A stretch of DNA of 64,000 nucleotides from Antedon mediterranea (taxonomy: Eukaryota; Animalia; Echinodermata). The position numbers and the translations under genes were made by a program. The stretch spans positions 17,036,795-17,100,794 of the forward strand of contig NC_092670.1 in NCBI RefSeq assembly GCF_964355755.1. Reading direction: 5' to 3'. The notes below the pieces were generated by a model that saw only the letters and a program-made list of their open reading frames with translations, was not told the DNA's origin and ran no database searches. Below are positions 35,809 through 50,531 of this stretch, piece after piece (position 1 is the stretch's first letter; each line of letters starts with the position of its first letter).

Positions 35809-38021
35809 TTAGACGTCCTGCCATTGCTTGGTCTCAACACAATAAAAGAGGCTTAAGGATCGGCACTCAGTAGTCCGCTCTCCTGTAAAAGTAAAATGGT
35901 TTCTGTAAATTAATTGGGAGTATAAAACAGAGAGGTACTCAGTATGCAACTTAACTCAACAAACTGAGCGACTTGTTCAATAGAGTTGGTTAAGTAATTA
36001 TATGGACTATACCATTTTTACCATAGGGGCTTATGCACAGATCAGTGGTGGCTCTGTACTGTTACAGTATGTACTGTAGCAGACAAGATTTGCTGAAGAT
36101 AGATTTAAATGCTATATTTTCCAGTAATTAAAAGACTAGACTATTACAGCCTTGGGGTGATTTCAACTCATCACTATAAATTACAAATTAAAACACTTAA
36201 TTACCTACCATAACATTAAAGTCCAAAAAACATTAATTGAAAATAAATCGACTAAAGTAATACATTATAAACATTCTAATGTAAACTCAAAGTAATAATA
36301 TACGTATTTGAAATTAAACAATCTTATTTTGTTCATAAAAACAATACAAACTCAGTAAGGAAAAGGAAGTGTCCCATAACAATGCATACGGTAAACAAGG
36401 AACAAATGACGAATACATTGTAGGTTGTGTACTGTAACACCTAATGTGACATTTTTACAATTACAGTTACAACAGTTACAATTTTAATTAAAACATGAAA
36501 TGTGTAATAATAATGATTAGTGTACTAGTATAAGACACACCTATAATATCGATTCTAAATTCTTGTAACTACACCTGTCGTTGCAGCTTTGGTCCTGCTG
36601 ATAGCCCAGCACTATATTACAAGTTACTTTACTACTAAGCGTGCTTAACTTGTAGTACAGGCTTCTATGAACATCATTATACAGTTTGTTTTGCTAACCT
36701 ACTCAGCAGCAAGATCTCAAGGGGTGTTGCATCTGAACATTTCATATGGGTTATAAGACGGCAACATCTCCAAGGAAGGCTAAGAATAATTAGAAACCAA
36801 TTGCAAGTCAATGTATTGAGGTTCTCCCAAGGTTTGTAACATAAACTGTCAAATGGGAGATATTGGAGACGAATATACCAATGATGTAGAATATTATATT
36901 TTAAACTTACAACATTAGATACCAATGCTTGAAACTACTATGTTTTCCACTATGGTTTAAAATCAAATCCATTTGTCATGTTCTTACGATTCTTCACAAA
37001 ATATTGTAAATTATTTTCTCTATGGCAATGGATTTCAAATGGCGAGCAATTTGTAGGTTTGCATTAATATTTTTGCTTACAGTAAGTCAAAATAGGGTAA
37101 ATGCTTAAGCATTGAACCATATACAAATAAGTATTACTGTTAGTCATTACAATATTTAGTGTTTCATATCACTATCAGTGTTACTGTACTACCTAGTTTG
37201 TTATCATTTAGTACACAATGGAAAGTGACTGGGCTAAATACAATACAGCATATTGTTAGAATCTGGTGTTTATTGTTGGTATGTAAATGCTTTGGATCTG
37301 GGATTTAACATTATTTCATCATAACTACAGTATATTGCATTGGTTAAAAAAAATATAAAAAAAAAAAATGATTTTGTATACTACAGTACCTGTACCGAAA
37401 TTGTCTTGTTTTCACATATTTTGTTATGATTTATGAATTTTCTAAATTAATTGTACACCCTACCAGGACCGGTGTATGTACAGTAGAACCGGCTTAAATA
37501 ACATACTGTGTGGTAGAGGTATGAACAGAGATCTGTCTAAAAATAATGTATCTAGTTACAAGTTTATGGGGCAGTTATTAATTATTAACAGCAGCAATTG
37601 CTAATATATTGGTAATTAACAACTACCAACCGAGGTTAAGTTCATACTTAAAATTCCATTTTTAATTATTATGTTCTATGATTGTCAGGTGTCCTAGTTT
37701 CAGCGGAGTGTGAAGTTGACATTGGTAAGGTGAGATCTTTCCTGTACTAACAAGGTACAACAAAGGCAAAACATATAACACAGTGTGTACACTGTGTTTA
37801 CTAAGTAATATACTATTTACCATTCTTTATTGGAAATTTAAATGACTCAGAAATGCTAAACACAAATTGATCAGATGAATTTTGTAATTCAATTGTTTTA
37901 ACTAAATTACTGAATTTGTTGTTACATCAGAATCATCAACCACTCAATTGAAATTAAAGGGATCCATCTCAAATCATAGATAAAAAAACAATACAATAAC
38001 CATTAATCTTAAATCCTTATT

Positions 38022-38179
38022 CTCTGTCTACATTATCATTATCAAAGTTTATGTGACAAAAAAAGTGTAATGTGCCGATATATGGTAGTGATATGCCCAA
38101 ATATGGTAGTGATATGACATCACAATGTTCATGGGCTTTTTTTTTTTATCACACAAAGTTTCATAGTGCAGACAGAGCT
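38022..38179. mobile_element. MITE family 1 copy
   Basis: ctctgtctacattatc ... atagtgcagacagagct; 2x tatggtagtgatatg. Confidence 0.78.
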
Positions 38180-39873
38180 ACAGTATAGTCAAAATATACA
38201 GTACAGAAAACATCAGAAATACTAAATTTAATCAAATTACTTCTGGTATGAATTGGAGCTTTGACAAGTGTCTGCTATCCAACACAAATTGGCATTGACC
38301 AAAACAACCAGTGAAAACGGACAAACTCGGTCAATATTATTACATTCCACAAGGAATTTAATTAAATAGACCGCAATCGTTATGTCTTCGTTGCTAGGAA
38401 CCTAATGAATCATGTGACGTCAAATGTTTTGGTGTTCTACAGTAAACAAATGTAAAACAGACATCATTTTATGCATTTGAAATGAGTAGATAGGTTTTAA
38501 TGAAATGAGACGTCTGCACATTAAAGTTATAGATTGCCATAATAATCTGTCACGATTATAGGACAATCTGAAAGGTTAAATTTTGCCATCTTCAAACTTG
38601 TAAGCGGCGTACATATTTTTGTGTCTGAACCATGCCGCGGATTAGCGTTAGGAATCTGTTACTCCGCGCCAGTGGCGTTAATAACTCTAGCGGGAGAGGG
38701 TAGATTTCATAACGCTAATCCAGTGATGCATCAGTGATTTTAACCTTAACCAATGAAAATACACGACCACGATTAGCAGACAGGAACTACATACCGTACC
38801 CTATGATACGACAGCGAAATAGCAATGTCAAATGTATTTTCAGGTTCAGATTTTAAAGAACAGTAAAGTTGGCGTCAGTAATATGATATTTTCATAAATT
38901 AAATCAATTAATCAGATAATTGTCCATGTAACAACAAGTTACATTTTAAATTATTTTGAATTAAAATGTACAAGTAGTAAGAACAAATCAGTATATTTGA
39001 AGGTAAACATTATATAAATAAAAATAAAAAAAATAATGTAAACTTTCATGCAGTTGTCATGAATGTATACATATAGTTCTATCTGCTTTGACCTGATCAG
39101 AGTGTTTAAACGCAAGGCATTGGAATGTTGATCGTTGTGTCTGAACACCTTGGCTTTTAACGCCACGGATTACCGTACGCCTTGCGTAGATAACTCCACC
39201 GTAACTCCGTGAGTCTGAACATACCCTTTGTGAGCTACATAAATTAAACAAACCATCCATGCATAAATTAACAGTGATTTTGGTAGTCAATCAGTACAAC
39301 TTACATTTCAGCTGTATCAGACAATTGCCGATTCTCAAGAAAAGACTAGATAGAAAAGTAGAACCTATTTAAATTAAACACCAGGCTGTCCATAAATGGT
39401 ACAGTCCCCGCAAACCACACCTTCAAGTGGCAGCATTAAACTGTAACAAAATATCTGCTGATACTAGAAGCTATTTCCTTATACACAAAGACAATAATAT
39501 TAATAATTTACTTAATCATTTTTCCTTGTATACCATTTTATATATAAATTTACAGGCATAGAGAAACCTTATTTATACCAATATTTGCAGTATAATACTT
39601 ATCACTAGCATCAACCTCTGACTAAAGTAGTTTTAATAATTTTAATTTAATAGATATTGCATGATTCCATTTACTTACAGTACTGTATTTTTATTATGAG
39701 ACAGTGTACAGTACTGATTAAATGCAGAGTTCATGTTGACATAAATTTTTATTTGAATGGATATTGTCTATGGTGTCTTCAAATGTTAATTTAATCTAGA
39801 GAGAGTGATCAATGAGGAGACTAAAGCAAATTTACTTTAAACATTGAACTTATTTGGTTGAACCATGTCACGA

Positions 39874-40048
39874 ATCACAGTCAATATCATATCAGTGGGC
39901 CCCGTGGATCCAAGGCGGTTGCGCTTGGGGCATCACAGTCAATATCATATCAGTGGGCCCCGTGGATCCAAGGCAGTTGCGCTTGGGGCATCACAGTCAA
40001 TATCATATCAGTGGGCCCCGTGGATCCAAGGCGGTTGCGCTTGGGGCA
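39874..40048. repeat. 58-bp GC-rich tandem repeat x3
   Basis: atcacagtcaatatcatatcagtgggccccgtggatccaaggcggttgcgcttggggc at 39874, 39932, 39990. Confidence 0.95.
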
Positions 40049-41367
40049 CACTCCCCTTTTTGACAGCTAAAATGAAATTATGAATTATTTTTTGATATCT
40101 AATTTTGACACAATATTATTATATTGTAAGGGATGTTGGGGCTCGCCCCTGATTATATCAAGGTGGCCATTTAAAAAAAATATAAACATCTATTTTGTAA
40201 TACATTTTTTTATTTGACTGGTTTAAATACTAAAAAACAACCAAAGGTGGAAATGAAGAGTTTATAAAATAATAATTCAGAAAATAATAAACAGAACATT
40301 AAACTAAACAACAAATAAAAAAGAGGAAATACAACAATGTGACCATTTCATAACTGATAGAGTGTGGATGTTAAAATGTAATGGTTATACAATATACTAA
40401 CAAGATTTTAAATCATACTCTAATTTTATACAATAACATCCATCACCTGTCTTTCCAGCACTTATGAACAAATCACGGTTAACCTTTCACCTCTCGTTTA
40501 TGGTTCTAATAAAAGCATTTCTGCTAGATGGGATCAATTGACTAAATTATTATCAACGATGAGTTAATAGCTTAAAATAATCCATCAATCATACAAAACA
40601 ACCAAATGGGTTTTCTGTTTCACTTAAGTTTAAGTGAACAATAATTGGTCATTTACAGTGTACAGGTAATATCTATAATTAAAATAAATAATACAAATAT
40701 AGACAGTTAATAAACTTGGTAGGAATACTAATATTAATATACAAAGTATAAGGATTGAAATTTAAAACAGTTCACAAAATAAAATGTTGGTCCTCTTTAA
40801 AATCAGAAGTCATAAATATTATTGTGGAATAATTGTTACACCAAGATTAAATGCTAAAATAAAATCTATAATTGGATTGACATTTCAAACACATCTGTTA
40901 AATTTTGCTAACAATTGTTCTGTGATAAAAACATAAAAATTACAATAGGTGAAAACAAGCTTTCTTACTAATATAGTAATATCTATTATTTAGATCATAC
41001 TTAGATCATTATTATATACAACTTAATACAGTGTACTGATGTATATACAGTACTACTATACTGTAGGTTAAGACCATGTTCTGTATTAAAATTCAAGCAA
41101 CTGAGCATTTAAAAGCATTAATTATCCTGACTAATTTTTTTCAATGAATTCTATAGTACAGTTGGGTATTCGTACCATTTTAAAATAGTACCTAGGGAAG
41201 ATTTTCATTTAACAATTTTGTTTAGCAATATTGCTAATCAAACTGATTTTTAAGTTGAGAAACATAGTTTTGTATTGTATTTTTTGCTACACAATTTTCA
41301 AAATGTGTAGCAATAAGGTTGTTTTGTATAGCTTTGTGCTACGCTACACTGGCGAAAATGTTCCCTG

Positions 41368-41482
41368 GTACCATGGTCTATCTATAACATTAGTATCATG
41401 GTCTATCTATAACATTAGTATCATGGTCTATCTATAACATTAGTACCATGGTCTATCTATAACATTAGTACCATGGTCTATA
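41368..41482. repeat. 25-bp minisatellite, ~4.5 units
   Basis: gta(c/t)catggtctatctataacatta. Confidence 0.95.
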
Positions 41483-41795
41483 CCAAAATAGTAGAAAACC
41501 AACAAAACAAATTTAACCATCACCAAGAGACTTTCTCATACAGAAATTCAAAGCGACAAAAAAGGAGTGCCGACTACGACACTAATAAATCAGGATTAAA
41601 GATAGATGAAGGCGCGTCGACCTACAGACGTAATCAAGAGATCTCAAAGTGATCTATAATAAGCTCTTGTAATGTTGGTGTCAATCTACTTCAGCTATGT
41701 TAGTAATGACATTTCTAATGTAAAGTTTGAAATCACATGATGTACAGTACTGTATATCACTAGTAATCATAATTTATAATGTTATCTCAATTTGC

Positions 41796-41925
41796 TACAG
41801 TAAAACCTCTATTAAGAGGACAACTTGGGACCCGCTTAATAAATAGGGTCACATAGGGTTAAACAAATAATTCTCACCATTTATTTCACCGGAGAGTGTC
41901 CCTTTACAGTAATAGAGTGTTCTTT
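41796..41925. mobile_element. Degenerate Tc1/mariner(pogo)-like MITE
   Basis: ta|cagtaaaacctctattaagaggaca ... gtgtccc...taatagag. Confidence 0.45.
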
Positions 41926-42203
41926 TTTTTTATCAGTCTGAATTATTCATTGTTATGTTATGCCCATATAGCTTATAATAGACTCCTTTGTTTTCTAGTG
42001 TCTCTATATGTATTCCTCTTTTACCAATATTCTATCAGTACCTAATGATCGAAAGTACTCGTACAATAAATATTTTATTTTGAGGGAGAAACTATAACTT
42101 TGTCTGTTTTATTTTTAGAGTAATTACATTTTATGCAATGTAGACACCAGATCAGCAATGTATATACTGGTACCAATGTTAATAGCAGAAGTAGGAACAT
42201 ACA

Positions 42204-42279
42204 CTGTCTATACACAAACTAGTTTGACAAAAAAAAAGTGTGATGTGCACAAATATGGTAGTTTGATAGTGTAGACAGA
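42204..42279. mobile_element. MITE family 1, internally deleted copy
   Basis: ctgtctatacacaaactagtttgacaaaa...aaatatggta|gtttgatagtgtagacaga. Confidence 0.7.
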
Positions 42280-43460
42280 TTTTTAGATTTTAAATGGCTA
42301 AACTTTAAAAAATTAGCTGCACGAGTATGAAAAAAAAAATATTCATCTAAATATATTTCAAGGTAAATAATTAATTATTGGATAATTCAAACCAAACAGT
42401 GGAAGTAATGCAAATCAAACGAGTAAAATAAATATAATCAGACTTGAATTTGATAATAGCCTGTGCTCTCAACAACAATCAATAATAAATCATTTTGAAG
42501 TTAATAGAGGTAATGCTCTGGTCATCAAATACGTTTGAAAGAACACGTTGATTGTTATTTTATAAAGATTATGAAGATCTTGATATTGATAGAAATGGAT
42601 AGGCGATACTTTATTAATCTCAGTGCTTACTCATGAGTAAAAACGATGACCATATTTTTCATTCAATTATCTATTATGACACTTTCGATAGGAACTTTTA
42701 AAGTAGGTTGTAATTCCTGGCAAAGGGAAGTGGTTGGATGCAACGCAAGACGTGCATGTAAACGCAAGTAATTTCACCAATCGACAGATCATCTGAAATG
42801 TTGCTTGTGATTGGTCAAATTACTTTACGTTGCATCCTAGCAGTTGAAACGTTTGAAGTTGGTCATGCTTGAATAAACTTGATCTAATTAAATGACAATG
42901 AAAGAATGTGTAGTAAATCAAATTTAAACTATTCGATAGTTGTTGTGATTTCACACCTCACAAAAGATTTTTAATTAGTATCTCAAGCTGTTAAGATAAT
43001 TGCTGAACTTTCAACATAAGGTGATCAAGTGAACAATAAAATTTAAAAATAAAACATATTTTTGTAATTCTAAATTAGGCCTACACTAGGCCTACAAACA
43101 ATTACATACTGTCTGTACTGAAAAACATCATGCCCAGTCAGAATAATAAAATTGTAATACCTTAGGCTTAGCCTACATTTTGTTTTTCATTATTCTCAAA
43201 CAATTCTATAAATAATTACTCTAATTTACATTAAAAAATGTATCGAAACAATTTCGAAGTGAACAAAAGTAGGCCTACTTCGTCGTAGTAGACTCAACCA
43301 AAGTTGTACTTCCTTCCGGTTGGGCTTCTATACACAGTACACCCAGTGTAAAACAACAAAGTGGTGCCTTGCTGCCTACATATTTCATACAACATATGCC
43401 AATATCTTTACTAATTGAATCTTAATTTCAAAACAAAGTATACCGTGTGGAAATACTTAC

Positions 43461-43640
43461 CATAATTATCAATAATTTCAATTAAGGAATTGAAGACTCG
43501 TAACTTAGGAACCGTTTTAACGATTTAAAGGGTCAAGAAACGACTCGCACAGTTTTGCTCGCGCCACTGCACATGGAAAATACCGTACACATGGCATGAA
43601 TGGAAATCAGTGACATGTGACGTCATTTACGAGACTCCGG
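43461..43640 (-). promoter_or_regulatory. Candidate promoter and non-coding first exon of Kir paralog A
   Basis: Minus-strand donor atg|gtaagt at 43460, local CpG enrichment, CRE tgacgtca at 43618-43625; the coding exon has an acceptor at 35883 and so needs an upstream exon. Confidence 0.4.
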
Positions 43641-46045
43641 GTGTTACACGACTATGTATTAAGTTTGGGACGTTTTCAAAAACGTAAATACAGGTACTGT
43701 AATAACAGTCCTATTATTATAATTTTGACACTTTACGCTGTAAGAATAAAAATAAGAACACTTTTTTTAGAAAATAAATTAAGAGTAGGCCTACACTGCT
43801 GTACAAAGCCGTCAGAATGTCCATTTATCAAGAGCGCCCTCAACAATCGTAAATATGTATAGGCAAAGATCTTATAAGATCTTTGGTATAGGTGTATTCT
43901 CCCGAGACAAAGACAATCCAAACAATGGATAGGAATCAAATCGAGTTTTAACCAACCAAATTCTAACCTAATAAAGATATTTCTTTATAGAAATTGAAAT
44001 AAATCATATATGTATTGCAAATTTATTTTCTTTATACTGTAATATTTATAAAAACAACACTGCATTTTGTAAATTTTAAAGCAACCCTATTAGAAAATGG
44101 AATAGTCAAGCAGACGACAAATAAACTAAACTTTTTTCAAAACTTAGTTGCAACACCACCAAAACTTTCCTGTATATTATTGGTCATCCGCATTTTAGCG
44201 GATATCAACCAATGGAATTGTAAGTTTATACAACAATACCTGGAATAGAGATTATAGAGATATAAGTAACTTTCGTATCTTATTATAAGTATAATTATTT
44301 TTCCATCAAACTTAGTCTAGGCCTAGGCCTATATAGGCCTCTCTTTACCCAATTACTCGATGACGTGCATTACATCAAGTGTAGGTCTAATCCCTGGTCG
44401 GACGTCTTATTCCTATCTGTTTTGCATAGAGCATAGGCCTAGGACTTCCATGTGTTACAAAAATGAAATCTATAAGTAATTTTGTGTGTGTGTGTGTGTT
44501 TGGCCGCTAAAACTTCATAAAAATGCAGTTGAATGAAATAAAAAATATGATATACTGTAACCGATAAAAAATATAAATGCATTAGAATGTCATACGACCA
44601 CATACTAGCTAGGCAGTTGACAGTTTGCTTGACAGCCTCTTGGTAAACTACTTGACAAATTACTTTACTACAGCAAAGATTGCCACAAGTTATTTTGGTT
44701 GTTATGTTGCATAAATATAATACTGTAAATAAAACAGAGCAAAAAACAATTTATTATATATCAAGCAACAGTTTATTGAGATAAAAGTTATTTACATTAC
44801 AATGGAGAATACTTGTTTTTATTCACTGATTTAAGGTATCCATTCGAAGCCATCAAGTACCAAAATTAGGCCAAATAAACAAATTAGTCTATTCCACATC
44901 CAGGATTTGTTCTTTAAATGAGGGACTATTTATCATAGCTACTTTTTTAACAAACTTGATGGTGATATTTAACCATTATGATTGAGATCATTCATTTTCT
45001 ATGGTAAATTGTTTTGTGCGATTCTTACAGAATAAAAAAAGAACTATGGTAAGAAAATTCATGTGGCTTTAAAATTTGAAACTGAACGGAACGTGAAACT
45101 ATTTGTTTTATTTGGCCTTTATTTGCTTTAAGAATTGCAAAAGACTCTTGGCAATAATATTATCACAATTGGCAAAAAGCAAGTAATAAAATTCTTTTGT
45201 ATTTTGAAACGGCAACCTGATAAAAGTAGAAAAATATAATATATGTTAAACCTAATTTGTAGCCCTTATTTACCTGAATATAAATTTTGTTCACACTTTC
45301 AGAGGAATTTTTCTGTCGCTTTGTGAATGTTAATAAATTCAAAATTTCCAATTCAGAGGTTGTTTTGGAAGGTTTACAAAGTATTGATATGATTGCACTT
45401 TTCAACATAAACATTTTGACAAATATTTGTGACACTATTTACATAAAACAACACTGTTGAAATAAATTCTATGCATTTTTGTCAATACATTTTTAAAATT
45501 TATTTCCTTTTTGGTTTTTTATTTAGATATACTGTATTTTGTTTCTGTAAAAATAAAGAGTTTAAAACAATTTTGTTAATTTTACAACCTTTTGTAATTG
45601 AATTCAATTTGCACGTTGACCTTAATTAGGGTATAAATGTATACATTTTGCACATAAAGTGGAAATTTATTATTAATTGATTTTTTATTTCTTGCATTTT
45701 TGTTTTGAAAGGATTCAGGAAATATTTTGATTAAAAAATTATTAATAACACTGTTTATCAATCTAAATTTAAGTAGGCAATATAGTTTTGTATTGCAATG
45801 TGTTTGCCATATTATTTGATGCGTAGCAATAAAGGTGGTATTGTGTAGCATTTGGATGCTATACTGGCACAAATGTTCCCTGAATTACCATTAATGACTG
45901 GAATGGTTCAACTAAATTCCCAAAAAATATATTTTCTTTAACCATATAACTGTTTTGTTTTACGTAAAATTGCTGGTTCATCTACCTTAATAATTAATAA
46001 AATCATGTCCTTGAGCACTTTGTGGATATGTGCGCTCTATAAATC

Positions 46046-46076
<31 letters not shown>

Positions 46077-46372
46077 ATAATAAAAACAAAGTATTCATTG
46101 ACAACAAGTTTTTGCTATTTTATCTATCTAATCAATGGTTCTATGAATTATATAGTTATCTGAAATTGATTTAGAAAAGAAACCTGATCATTAAAAAAAA
46201 ATGTATTGTAAAGAAATTACTAAATAAATCATAATAGCAATTTATAGTATAAATGTATCAAATAATAAATAAATGATATTAAAACGACTGATCTTCTAGA
46301 AATTAAATTAGTTTGTATTGTACATCATCATAAGTAAACTAAAATAATTGGTGATAAACAAAATTTAATTAT

Positions 46373-46612
46373 TAGGGGCCTTTCGATTTGTGACGATTGG
46401 CAACTATGTCATGTTTATAAACTGTGTGCAAGTGAGGTATTCGGACATTTGTCTTAGCTCTTCACCTCAACATAGTTCTGATACTTTCTAGGTCCTTCCT
46501 CGGACACAGTTTTGAATGGTTTCTAAGTCCTGGCGATGACTGACGACACATTGGTTGACCTGACCTAGCTTTGTCATCGATCCCCGGTCGTTGCAAATCG
46601 AAAGCTCCCTAT
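46373..46612. mobile_element. MITE family 4 copy
   Basis: taggggcctttcgatttgtgacga / gtcgttgcaaatcgaaagctcccta. Confidence 0.7.
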
Positions 46613-46946
46613 TTGTTTGAAAGGATGATTTTCATCAACTTTCACGAATACCAATACCCAGGGGTGGGTGCAGGGGGAGCGCTAAGGGTAAGCACTCCCA
46701 CCTTTCACAGAAAAAATGAAATTTGGACATACTATTAATATTATATGTTAGATATGTTAGTGCTTCCCAGTTTAAAAATTCATGGACCCAACCCCCCCTC
46801 CCCCTTCCCCATTTAAAGCTTCTAGTGATTTTATACTTAATGTTTCAAACATTTCATCACTTCTGAAATCATGCATTCTATGTATAATCATTTTCATTCT
46901 TTATCTTCTTGTTTCACTCATGCACTTAACACATATTAGAACATAA

Positions 46947-47182
46947 CAGGGTCGTAGCCACAAGAATGAAAATGATGCGTTTTTTAGAAGGAGAAGAATT
47001 AGGTCACTGGTACAGTTGTCAAAGGGTCCCTACTAAGTCTCAGAGACGGTAGCCTACTGAGCAGTTTTAATTACATATTAATGATATTCTTGTTAAATTA
47101 AAGTTATAAATAATTGAAAAATTGGGGGTTGGAGTAAAAAAGGGTGAAATAAGATGCAACATTACTGGTGGCTACGGCCATG
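46947..47182. mobile_element. Small TIR element
   Basis: cagggtcgtagccac / gtggctacggccatg. Confidence 0.55.
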
Positions 47183-50100
47183 CTTGTAAACAGACCTGCT
47201 GAACAAAGCATTCATAAACAACATACAGTAGGTATGTTTTCAAGAGTTTCATCATAATTTACAAATGATATCAATCAATCTGCATCTCATACTACTTCTA
47301 TTTATAATGTTTTAATATATATTTTGCAAATGTATATGAGCAGCTTATTAGCAAGCAGGCAATTTATATTATTTATTAGTTTGAGCCAATTTGGTGTTCA
47401 ATTTAAAGTTCATAAATTAAAGTACAATTTACTAATGTGTATGACATTTGATTGTGATATCCTAGGCTGTCATTTATCAATCCTTTGCTTATGCTAAATA
47501 TAAAGCATTGTTTGTGAAAAACTGAAACTTTTTCTTTTTTTGAACCTTTTTTCAGGGAATGGATTTTGAAATCTATTAAGAAAAAAATAATGTTTTGGCT
47601 ATTTTGGAAAATTACTTAAGCAAGATAATTGACTTAAAAAAAAGTTAAGATGATTATTTTTGCTAAGCAAGTTTGATAAATCTGACTCCTGGTATCAGGA
47701 AAATGTTGAAAACTTAATCAATAATGCCTCAGCTTCTACACATTACTAAAAATAAGTCATTTTCACAGGTAAATTGCATATCACATTAAAAGTTATACAC
47801 AGTACAACTTTCTTAGTATAAAATGACTGGAAATATGTCTTCTTTCTTGATAGAAGTGATCAAAGAATATATGGTTTCGTCACAATTACCAACAGTTTGT
47901 GGACTTTATACTTCTTGCTGTCATGTTAGAAGTGAATCAACAGCATTCTTCATCATTCGGTGAGTATTATCATTCCGCAGGTAATTGCTGTGATGTTTAG
48001 GCCTACTTGTATTGTTTTGATCAAATATGAATTTGGCATAAGTGGTGTCTGTAATAAAAAAAAAATATTAAAACATGACTGCTATAATATAACCCACCAA
48101 CTATTAATTTGTTAGCAGCGCATGCCTATTTTTATGCAGATTATAAGGCAGGGGTGCGCTAACATTAAATATGAATACCAATATATTTTTAATCTCATAT
48201 CAAAATAGGGAGCAACCCCTAGGGCCCCCAGCGGATTTTGAGAATAATCACAAATATGTTTTCCAGTGTCTATTCAGAGTTTTTAATTTTGATTGGATTT
48301 AATTACTGTAAATAAAAGTAAAGTTAAAAACCATGATTGCTGCCCTCTATATAAGAGCTTATTTTAGTATTACCGTATGCAAAGCTTTACTGTGTAAGCT
48401 TAGGCTAAAAATTAGAAATACATTTTTGAAAATAAAAGTATGGTAGTTATATTTCAGTAGTAATATCTGAAACCTATACTGTATTATATATAGAGGCCCA
48501 TGGTGATTTCTTCAGTCAAATTTTTATATTGCTAAGGGATGGCAACAACTTTTTCTTTAGTATGGAATAAACTTAAAGTGAAGCATATGCTCATATACAA
48601 CATTGGAAGAAACTCTTATTAACACAATTTTAAAAGTGAAATTGATTTAATAGAAAAATAGATTAGGCCTAGCAGTTGAGCAAAAATAAAAAAGTTTATT
48701 TTTTATTTTATTTATTAAACTTTTTTTAATGAGGGTGACTCATAAGAGCCGAGGTTGACATGCATCAGGCCCTCAACACTTAAAAAATAGGATACAAATA
48801 CGAAAAACAAGAAAATGAATGACAAAAAGGAAAAAGTTTCATTTGCTTTGCTTATATAAAAATATAGGCCTCAAATTATAACATACCGTAATACATTACA
48901 TTATTTTAGATGGTAAAATAATCCAGTAAGTGACTTTACATGCATGGTGTACACCGAAAAGTACATCTATTAGGTACCTTGTAGTGTAAAGCCATTGGGA
49001 TTAGAGGTCATACTCTTTATACTTTAATAATCAATTTTAAACCTGTTGCACTCAGATATCCAACTGTGATGTATAATATCATTTACAACTTGGCTATATA
49101 TGGTTTTTAACATTTTGGTTTGTATAAAAAGTTTCGTGTATAATGTTTTAAATATTTGGAAGTATCTTGTGCTTTCTGGTTGTTTTCTGCCACTCACACT
49201 CATGACTGTCAAAAGTTCCTTTATAAGTCATGTATTACTATTAGGTTTGGCAAAATGATGACTTTTATTTTAAATTAAAACATGTGACACAAAATAACCT
49301 ACATTTTCTGCAAAAGTGCAAAAAGTTTACCAAAAAAAGAATTATATTTTGCCATTTAAATGACACAAAATGTAAAAAAAAATGAAATTATGTTAATGGA
49401 ATATAAGTGAAACATTTTATAAGGGCTAGGGAAAATATTAATTATCATTTAATGCTGATACAGGATTATGAAAGCCATGTTATGAAAGATAAAGAATCAA
49501 CAGTCATGTAACTGCAAGGATGTGGGTTAGTTCACTTACAGATAAATTAGCTGAAAGTTCAGACGGTCACATGTCTAGAAGTTCTCATTAGTAATTATTA
49601 TTCCAATGTCAAATTTAGTTAAATCTTTATGATTTATACATGTTTTACAACTTAATTTATGTGTAATTTATTGTTAGTGGTTATATTTAACAATACTATT
49701 ATTTATTTTCTTTGGTTCAAATTAATTTGATATCCATGAGAAAAAGTAAATTATAGACAGTGTCTATTTACAGTATGTCCAAAATGTGTTTTGCCTATTT
49801 ATTAGAAAGTTTATTTTATGTTTGCCAGTAAAATGTTATGTTTACATTGTTTTTAATGGAGTTTATAAGCTGAAGTTTAGGGTTCATTTAGAATGTGGCT
49901 AGGAAATTTAAGGCATCCTTTGTGATAATTAAATTATCTTTATTTCCATTTACAATTTTTTTTTCAATGTAATATAAATGAATTGATCCACTGTGCCATT
50001 TTGTATCACCTCAATATTAATAATCACTGGCTTTCGTATGTGTCATACAAACTGTGACAGGAAAGAATTTGAGGTTTTATAATTACTATCATGTATAAAG

Positions 50101-50531
50101 CATTAAGCTTTTCAAACATTATGTTGAAAGCATAATATATTTATTTTCCTATTTCATTAAAATCGTTCATAATATCGCTAATAGCAATCTAATATATTAA
50201 TGATGATGAACTATAAAAATATAATACATTAAAAAAAACCAAAAAACTATATCAAACATTCTAATAGAAAACATTTGAAAATATTATTACAGGTTCCAAT
50301 GGTTGGTTGGTGAGAGTGAAATGACGCAAATATAGAATCATACAAAATGTGACTTAAAACTCAACTACTTTCAATAGCTCCATATTGTTATCATTTCCTT
50401 CAATGGAATTTTCCACATGCGGCTTAAGCAAACTAGTGTAGGTGCTTATCTAATCTAAATCTATTTTGAGCTATAGGCCTCGTAATATGTCATCAAGGTC
50501 TTTTAACCACAAATTCAATTTAAAAAGAGAT

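Noticed and set aside
39874-40048. CRISPR-like array (also 14440-14732, 16717-16828, 41368-41482)
   Set aside because: Head-to-tail repeats without unique spacers; eukaryotic context; no cas genes
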